Source: the human T2T-CHM13v2.0 reference genome, Homo sapiens
NCBI RefSeq assembly: GCF_009914755.1
Contig: NC_060927.1
DNA length: 64,000 nucleotides
Direction: 5' to 3' (one strand)
Position numbers and translations under genes: made by a program. Below the pieces are notes generated by a model. The model was not told the DNA's origin and searched no databases. It saw only the letters and a list, made by a program, of their open reading frames with translations. Positions 52,943 to 64,000 of this stretch are shown here, in pieces (position 1 is the first letter of the stretch; each line of letters opens with the position of its first letter).

Positions 52943-55900
52943 TGAGAGGTGAAGCCAGCTGGGCTTCCTGGGTTGAGTGGGGACTTGGAGAACTTTTCTG
53001 TCTTGCAAGAGGATTGTAAAACACACCAATCAGTGCTCTGTAGCTAGCTAGAGGTTTTGTAAAATACACCAATCAGTGCTCTGTAAAAACACACCAATCA
53101 GCGTTCTGTAGCTAGCTAGAGGTTTGTAAAATGGACCAATGAGCACTCTGTAAAATGGACCAATCAGCACTCTGTAAAATGGACCAATCAGCAGGACATG
53201 GGCAGGGACAAATAAGGGAATAAAAGCTGGCCACCCTAGCCAGCAGTGGCAACCTGCTCGAGTCCCTTTCCATGCTTTGGAAGCTTTGTTCTTTTGCTCT
53301 TCACAATAAATCTTGCTGCTGCTCACTCTTTGGGTCTGTGCCACCTTTAAGAGCTGTGACATTCACTGCAAAGGTCCACAGCTTCATTTTTGAAGTCAGC
53401 AAGATCACGAACCCACCAGAAGGAACAAACTCCGAACACATCCTGGGGGCTTGTTGGGGATTTCACCACATGGTCAGTACCATCGGACCCCTTTTGCTTG
53501 CTATTCTGTCCTATTTTTCCTTAGAATTCAGGGGCTAAACACTGGGCACCTGTCGGCCAGTTTAAAGTGACTAGCACAGCCACTGGACTAAAGACACGGG
53601 TGTCAGACTTTCTGGGAAAGGGCTCTCTAACAATCCCCAACTCTTTGGAGTTGGGAGCATTGGTTTGCATGGAACCAGCTTCCACTTTTCCTGTATTTCC
53701 AGGCTGAGCTGAGGGACGACAGAGAGGAAAGCCATTCAGCTCCAGGGTCCTGACAAAAAGTTGGTTGACCCTGTAGATGTGAGCAGAACTCTCAAAGTCA
53801 CATCACCCAAGTAAGAGTCGCCCATCTATCCTATCTATCCTGACCCTTCCCTCCTGGGTCCTAACATCAGTCAGACAAACTTCCTCCTGCCTCTCTTCTC
53901 CAAGGCTAGTCCCCCCTTCTAAAAACCACTCCCTGTCTCTGGTGCTTTTCTAGTTTCTCCTATAAGAATGATTTCTAGTATAAATTTCAGGACTCTGTTC
54001 CCTTCTTTAGGTACCCGGGCTCACCAATCAGAAAGACATACTTTTTCGCCCAAAGCCCCATCGGGGAGGGGGCACTATCTGGAATTTTAGGATCCCTCCT
54101 CAGACTAGCAGGTCTAACAAAAGCTATTCCCGAAGCTAGGATACGGGGAGCCTCAGAAATTATATCCTTCCTATTCATTTGATGAGAAGTGAAAACAAAA
54201 GGAGTCACTCTTCTAACCCTGGAGATCTCTTCCCTCTCTCAGGGTATGGCCCTCCACTCCATTTTGAGGCATATAATCTTTATAGGACAAGGTTAAGGTC
54301 CCAATGCTAACAGGAGAAAATGCTTAGGACTCTTTAACAGGTTTTTGAGAATGTGTTGGTAAGGGCCACTAAATCCGATTTTTTCTCGGTCCTCTTTGTA
54401 GTCTAAGAGGAAGAGCAAGAGTGCAGGTTTTCGAAAATGCATCGGTAAGGGCCACTAAATCTGACCTTCCTCGGTCCTCTTTGTGGTCTAGGAGGAAAAC
54501 TAGTGTTTCTGCTACTGCTTCAGTGAGCGCAACTAATCTGATCAGCATGGTCCAGGGACAGTTGAGAGTTCTTGGGCAAGAGGGGAATCTGCTGCTGCAT
54601 CGGTGAGTGCAACTATTCCAATCAGCAGGGCCCAGGGACCGTTGCGGGTTCTTGGGTGGGGCAGGGGGTGGGAAACAAACAAACCAAAACCACGGGTGGT
54701 TTTTTCTTTCAGATGGGAAACACTCAGGCTCACCCTTGAAATGCATCTTAAGCCATTGGGACCAATTTGACCCACAAACCCTGAAAAAGAAGCAGCTTAT
54801 TTTTTTCTGCACTGTGGCCTGGCCCCAATATTCTCTCTCTGATGGGGAAAAATGGCCACCTGAGGGAAGTATAAATTACAATACTATCCTGCAGCTTGAC
54901 CTTTTCTGTAAGAGGGAAGGCAAATGGAGTGAAATACCTTATGTCCAAGCTTTCTTTTCATTGAAGAATAATCCACAACTATGCAAAACTTGCAATTTAC
55001 ATTTCACAGGAGGACCTCTCAGCTTACCTCCATATCCTGGCCACCCTACAGCTCCCCTTCCTATTAATGATAAGCCTCCTCTAATCTCCCCTGCCCAGGA
55101 AGAAACAAGCAAAGAAATCTCTAAGGGACCACAAAAACCCCCAGGCTATCAGTCATGTCCCCTTCAATCTGTAGGGGGAGGGGAATTTGGCCCAACCTGG
55201 GTACATGTCCCTTTCTCCCTCTCTGCTTTAAAGCAGATCAAGGTAGACCTGGGGAAGTTTTTGGATGATCCTGATAGGTATATAGATGTCTTACAGGGTC
55301 TAGGGCAAACCTTCAACCTCACTTGGAGAGGTGTCATGCTATTGTTAGATCAAACCCTGGCCTTTAACGAAAAGAATGCAGCTTTGGCTGCAGCCTGAGA
55401 GTTTGGAGATACCTGGCATCTTAGTCAAGTAAACGATAGAATGACAGCTGAAGAAAGGAACAAATTCCCTACCGGTCAGCAAGCCGTCCCCAGTATGAAT
55501 CCCCACTGGGACCTTGACTCAGATCATGGAGACTGGAGTCACAAACATCTGCTGACCTGTGTTCTAGAAGGGTTAAGGAGAATTAGGAAAAAGCCCATGA
55601 ATTATTTAATGATATCCACCATAACTCAAGGAAAGGAAGAAAATCTTTCCCCCTTCCTCAAGTGGCTACGGGAGGCCTTAAGAAAATATACTCCCCTGTC
55701 ACCCAACTCCGTTGAGGGTCAATTGATCCTCAAAGATAAGTTTATTACCCAATCAGCCACAGATACCAGGAGAAAGCTCCAAAAGCGAGCCCTGGGCCCT
55801 GAACAAAATCTGGAGGCATTATTAAACCTGGCAACCTCGGTGTTCTATAATAGGGACCAAGAGGAATAGGCTGAGAAGGAAAAGTGAAATCAGAGAAAGG

Positions 55901-56413
55901 CCACAGCCTTAGTCATGACCCTCAGACAAACAAACCTTGGTGGTTCAGAGAGGACAGAAAATGGAGCAGGCCAATAACCCAGTAGGGCTTTTCACCAGTG
56001 TGGTTTGCAAGGACACCTTAAAAAAAGTTGTCCATTGAGAAACAAGCCGCCCCCTCGCCCATGTCCACTATGCCGAGGCAATCACTGGAAGGCACACTGC
56101 CCCAGAGGACAAAGGTTCTCTGGGCCAGAAGCCCCCAACCAGATGATCCAACAACAGGACTGAGGGTGCCTGGGGCAAGCACCAGCTCATGTCATCACCC
56201 TCACTGAGCCCTGGGTATGTTTAACCATTGAGGGCCAGGAAATTGACTTCCTCCTGGACACTGGTGGGGCCTTCTCAGTGTTAATCTCCTGTTGCTCACT
56301 CTTTGGGTCCGTGCCACCTTTAAGAGTTGTAACACTCACTGTGAAGGTCTGCAGCTTCATTCTTGAAGTCAGCGAGACCACGAACCCACCGGAAGGAACA
56401 AACTCTGGACACA
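52943..56413 (+). mobile_element. Internally deleted HERV9-family (LTR12/LTR12F-like) provirus
   Basis: 5' LTR 52943-53440 (TG...CA, repeated ACCAATCAG, AATAAA), PBS at 53444, leader, gag, start of pro, then only the last about 121 bp of the 3' LTR; TSD ATAC/ATAT. Confidence 0.9.
54713..56290 (+). pseudogene. Degenerate gammaretrovirus-like gag and 5' part of protease
   Basis: HERV9/W-type MA ([14 protein letters not shown]...[19 protein letters not shown]), CA with QGKEE major homology region, zinc knuckle CPLCRGNHWKAHC, protease FLLDTG; ATG out of frame; in-frame stops at 55396, 55867, 55885, 55975; gag end TGA at 56161. Confidence 0.92.
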
Positions 56414-56584
56414 ATATGACTTGGTGAAAAGTTGCTCAGTACAATGGGCATGGCGTAAAAGGACATTCTGCCCTTTCCTTCCATCTGTGAGGCCATTTTG
56501 GCTCCTCATAAACTGTTCTTTTTATGGCAATTATAGTTGTTCATGTCTTGCAAGTCATAGCCCTCTGACCTGCAACAAAACCTA

Positions 56585-56885
<301 letters not shown>

Positions 56886-57756
56886 TCAAAAACAAAAACA
56901 AAAACAAAAACAAAAAACTATTTTAGCTCTTCTGAGCCATTCCTAATGTTTTAGAAATAACTGGTCAGATCTTAAACAAATTTTTCACATGTTCTAGGAA
57001 ATGAACAGATGAACGTATTTCATGCAGACCACGGCCCAGTAGTATCAATTCATCTCAGAGAAGCATGACAGAGAGACAGTGTCCTCTGCCATGCACTGTG
57101 CCTGATTCTACTTGCTTTCAGTCCTGGAGAACTTGAGGCAATATTTCCTCATTGCCTTTGGCAATTTAAGTTACCCTTGGTAGATGCAATACTATTGGCA
57201 TGCCAAGCTGCTAATTACTTGGAACGTTTGATCAGGCTGCCAGAGGCTAAGGTCAGCTAGTCCTCTGACTTTCAGTCTTCAGTCTTCCCTAAGCCTCAGC
57301 TCTCCACGCTTCAGTGACACTTTCTCATGGTATCACGCTCTCAGTTTCATGCTCAGCTTTTAATCAGGTAAAATATCAAATGTGGTAGTTGAACAAAATT
57401 CAAAGGAAATATCACAATCATAACTTCCATATCTCTTGCTATTGAGAAGACATTCTGAAGGGAGGAGAACACATTTTGGTCCTTTTTAGTTGACAAGAGT
57501 CATAGATGCAGATGATGAACAGTAGGCCGGATGGAGACTGTAGGTTAGTGGAGGGTATGTGCTCCTTCTACAGAGAGTACGACTACTTCACTACAACAGG
57601 CTGTTGCCAGATAGGCCTAGTGAAGCCAAGGCTTGTTTTCTAAGAGAAGCCTAGCACTTTGGGAGGCCGAGTCAGGTGGATCACAAAGTGCTAGGATTAC
57701 TGGTGTGTGCCACCATGCCTGGCTGCCCTCAAGTTTTAAATGTTCACCACCATTAA

Positions 57757-57876
<120 letters not shown>

Positions 57877-58545
57877 TGAGTAGCTGGGACTACAGGTGCC
57901 TGCCACCACGCCTGGCTAATTTTTTGTATTTTTAGTAGAGACAGGGTTTCACCATGTTAGCTGGGATGGTCTTGATCTCCTGACCTCATGATCCGCTTGC
58001 CTCGGCCTCCCAGAGTGCTGGGATTACAGGCATGAGCCACTATGCCCGGCCTAAAATTTTTTTTTAAATATTGTGGGGACCAAAACAAAATGTTTGTGAC
58101 CAGATTCAACCCATAGGTACCAGTTTGGGATCTCTGGTCTAGAGTCTGTTCTAGTTGTGAAATCTGTAACCGGAGAAAAAGCATCATATTTCTGAGAGGG
58201 ACTGATGACATCTAAGTATAAATCTTATGAGTGCCTTTATAGGGCCAAGGGCAGTGGCTCACACCTATAATCCCAGCACTTTGGGAGACTGAGTCAAGTG
58301 GATCACCTGAGGTCAGGAATTTGAGACCAGCCTGCCCAACCTGGCCAACAGGGCAAAACCCCATCTCTACTAAAAAAATACAAAAATTCACTGAGCGTGG
58401 TGGTGCGTGCCTGTAGTCCCAGCTACTCAGGAGGCTGAGGCAGGAGAATCGCTTGAACCTGGAAAGCAGAGGTTGCGGTGAGCCAAGATTGCACCACTGT
58501 ATTCTCCCGGCCATATGTAGGGGCAAAGAAGAGTGAAAATGCAGG

Positions 58546-59918
<1,373 letters not shown>

Positions 59919-59981
59919 GGCCAGGTGCAGTGGGTCACACCTGTAATCCCAGCACTTTGGGAGGCTGAAGTGGGCAGATCA

Positions 59982-60254
<273 letters not shown>

Positions 60255-61576
60255 TCATGCGTATAATAATAGCACTTTGGGAGGCCGAGGCTGGGATTAC
60301 AGGTGTGCCACCATGCCCAGCTAGTTTTTGTATTTTTAGTAGAGACAGTGTTTTGCCATGTTGGCCAGGCTGGTCTTGAACTCCTGACCTCAAGTGATCC
60401 ACCCACCTCGGCCTCCCAAAGCGCTGAGATTACAGGCATGCGCCACTGCGCCTGGCCAATAATGTGAATTCTTGATCCTTGCTGATTTCTGCTGAGAACT
60501 AACATCAGCATCAGTCTGTCACAGATGGTGTTGGAACAGAACCTAAGGAAGGTATGACCCCAAACAAATCTGATCTTAGACCTTGGAAGGCTTTCAGTTG
60601 TTTCAGTGATTAACAGGTGAACTAGGAAGAGAGCTGCCGCAGAAAGGGTAGAGTGGAGGCCACTTGTTTTAAGCTTTGCATATCAAATAGCCTTCCATGA
60701 CCAACCACTGACAGCTGGCCAACAGCAGCAGTGGTGGTGGGGTGTGGGGCCAGACACCATCTCCTGCACCATCAGCTTCACGTGCTGAATTGCTCTGAAA
60801 GCCTCAGCCTGATTTTCCCTTGTCACCAGTTTCCTCTTTAAGGCCAGACTTTCCAAGGAAGGAAAAATAGAGCACATTTCCATCTCATTCACCTACTCTT
60901 CCCAAGCCTATCCTTGGGAGCTTCGAGAGTTCTTCCCCTCTCGCACTGCATTCTTTTTTGCTTTTAAATTTTATTTTGGATCCAGAGGATACATGTGCAT
61001 ATTTGTTACATGCGTATATTGGGAGATACTGGGGCAGAGGAGATGATTTCATTATTTTTATGGCTGCACAGTATTTCATGATGTATATGTACCACATTTT
61101 CTTTATCCAATCCACTGGACACTTAGGTGGATTCTATGACTTTGCTATTGTAAATAATGCTGTGCTCAACATATGAGTGCCAGTGTCAGACTGGATTCTA
61201 ATAGAATCAGTGCTAATCTTCACAGTGCTGGGCTCAGTCATGCTGTGGCTGATATTAATTGGGTCTGAAGTAATCTTAATGCACTTTTACCATCTTATAC
61301 TTCCCTTAACTCCTGGAAAAATCTTGTTAGCTGTGCCAAGAGAATGGTCATCTAGCCTTTTAAGACCATTTTAAGAAGTCATCTTTTTTGGAAGCAATTG
61401 AGCAACTGTACAAGCATATTCATAGTTTGTAACAGAAGAAAATTGGAAACAATCTAAATATCCATTCATAGGCTAATGTGTTCCTTCTGGAATAGCTTCT
61501 CAACTATTTAAATTGTTCATAATGGAAATGCGTTCATATGACTTATGCCAAGTGATGGCTCCGGCCTTCTTAGTAG

Positions 61577-61903
<327 letters not shown>

Positions 61904-63746
61904 TGATCCTCCCAGCACGGCCTCCCAAAATGCTGAGCTTACAGGCATGAGCCACCATGCCCAGCCCTAAAGCTTTTTTATGGTTTATTTCTCACTGTTT
62001 ATTCACCACATTCCAAGTGCCTCAGTGCACGTGTGGCAGCCCTTCACGAGCTGTTCCTGCTCCCTTCTGCAGCCTCATCTATCATGCCCATACTCTACTT
62101 TCCAACTATACATTTCAACTCTGCATCACTCTAACCTCTGAACCAAGTGGCTTCTTTCACAACTACCTGGCTTTGCATGTGCTCTGCTGTCTGCTTTCAG
62201 TACCTTCCTTCTCCAAAATCAAACTCAAACTCAAGCATTACTGTCCCTCTCCACCCTCAGAAAAGCTAAGTCCACCCTAATATGTTCCAACAGCCCCTCT
62301 GGGCTCTTGGCACACTCTGCACAAAGCTGTCTGTGTTCATGCCTTGTCAACTTTGTCTTCTCCACTAGAATGTGTGCTCTTGAAGCTGAGAGGTGTTTTG
62401 ATGTCTGTATTCTCCACTGAAGCACAAACCCTACTAGTAATTAAATGCTGAATGAATAAAGTATTTCATTATGCTAAATGAAAAACGAATAGCTGTACGA
62501 CCCTTCTAATGATTATATCTACGAGTTCCTTCTGTTTGCTCTAGCCTGTACTTAATCATTTAAATCATATTCACACACAAAAAATATTGGGCTGCCAGGC
62601 ACGGCGGCTCACGCCTGTAACTCCAGCACTTTGCTAGGCTGAGGCAGGATTGCCTGAGCCCAGAAGTTCAAAACCAGCCTGGACAACATGATGAGATCCC
62701 ATCTCTTCCACACGCAAAAAAGTTGGACTGGTGGAAGAGAGGTCCCATACAAAATGTTCAGTCTCGGCCAGGCATGGTGGCTCATGCCTGTAATCCTTGT
62801 TCTTTGGGAGGCTAAGGTGGGAGGATTGCTTAAGGCCAAGAGTTTGAGATCAGCCAGGGCAATATAGTAAGACCCCCATCTCTACCAAAAAAATATTTTG
62901 AGTGTAGTGAGTATGGTGAGACTGAGTGTGGTGGCACGTACCTGTACTCCCAGCTACTGGGGAGGCTGAGGTGGGAGGATTTTTTGAGCCCAGGAGGTCA
63001 AGGCTGCAGTGAGCTATGATGGTGCCACTGCCTGGGTGACAGAGCAAGACCATGACTCAAAAAAACTGCACAAAAAAACAAAAAACAAAATGCTCCATCT
63101 AAGGCCCAACCCTTCTAAAGATGATCTGGCCTGCTCACAGTAATAAAGCCCATCTGTAGTCCTCAGCCCTTGAAGTCTTTTGCCTTGGGAACTTCACTGG
63201 GATATCCTGTCTTTGGAGGATTAGACACATATCACTTTGACCCTGTAATCTGTCCACCTCACTCTTCTCATTAGGTTTTGCCTCAGGCTGGCACAAGTCT
63301 CTACTGTATGAACCCGTTGCCAAAGCAATTTTTAAAAAATATTTATTTGGCCAGGTGTAATGGCTCACGCCTGTAATCCTAGCACTTTGGGAGGCCAAAG
63401 CAGGTGGATCACTTGAGGTCAGGAGTTTGAGACCAGACTAGGCAACATGGTGAAAAACTGTTTCTACTAAAAATAGAAAAATTAGCTGGGCGTGGTGGCA
63501 TATGCCTGTAGTCCCAGCTACTCAGTCTCAGATACTCCAGCAAGCCAGGAGAATCACTTGAACCTGGGAGGCAGAGGTTTCAGTGAGTCAAGATCGTGCC
63601 GCTGCACTCTAGCCTGGAAAACAAAGCGAGACTCTTTCTCAAAAAAATTAAAAAAAAAAAGTTTGCTTAAAATCCAGATCCTGCACAAGCAATTTTGAAA
63701 TATGAAAATATTTCAAACATAGTGAAAATGAATTCCTCTAGGATGC

Positions 63747-64000
63747 TGTGATGGTTAATATTAGGTGTCAACTTGATTGGCTTGAACGATGCCCAGGTAG
63801 CTGGTAAGGTATTGTTTCTGGGTGTGTCTGTGAGGATGTTACCAGAGGAGTTTGACATTTGAGTCAGTGGACTGGGAGAGGCAGACCCACTCTCAATGTG
63901 GTGGGCACCATCCAATCGGCTGCCAGTGTGGCTAGAACAAAGCAGGCAGAAGAAGATGGGATAAGCTGGCTTGCTAAATCTGCTGGCTTTCATCTTTATC
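63747..64000 (+). mobile_element. MLT2A2/MLT2B-like ERVL LTR, cut by the window end
   Basis: Starts TGTGATGGTTAATATTAGGTGTCAACTTGATTGG; similar to 3557-3720. Confidence 0.85.

Noticed and set aside
53020-53195. Regularly spaced repeats resembling a CRISPR-like array
   Set aside because: These are the ordinary LTR12 CCAAT tandem units, with no unique spacers, in eukaryotic DNA
54607-55869. 263-aa and 142-aa gag ORFs as a domesticated gene
   Set aside because: The native ATG is frameshifted, the long ORF starts at GTG, and several in-frame stops interrupt gag, consistent with neutral decay

Overview
Primate, almost certainly human, genomic DNA. It holds the 5' part of OSBPL11 (ORP11, oxysterol-binding protein-like 11) on the minus strand: coding exons 1-9 (1654 nt, 551 codons; PH domain, linker and first half of the ORD with the EQVSHHPP signature), all with GT-AG boundaries and consistent phases. 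The gene continues past position 1. Its CpG-island promoter is at about 43.7-44.45 kb, followed by about 20 kb of repeat-rich upstream DNA. The window is very Alu-dense and also carries a two-LTR THE1A provirus, an internally deleted LTR12/HERV9-type provirus, solo LTRs (MLT2A, LTR15-like, LTR8, MLT1), hAT DNA transposons and L1/L2/MIR remnants. I see no new multi-gene system; nearly all listed ORFs are Alu/LTR read-throughs. The most unusual signals are a scrambled, CpG-decayed copy of promoter sequence in intron 1, identical GWQY/donor ends on exons 1 and 2, a young AluYa5-like insertion next to the promoter, several template-switch scars, and candidate CTCF and CLEAR/E-box sites. Repeat subfamily names come from remembered consensus sequences, not a database search.
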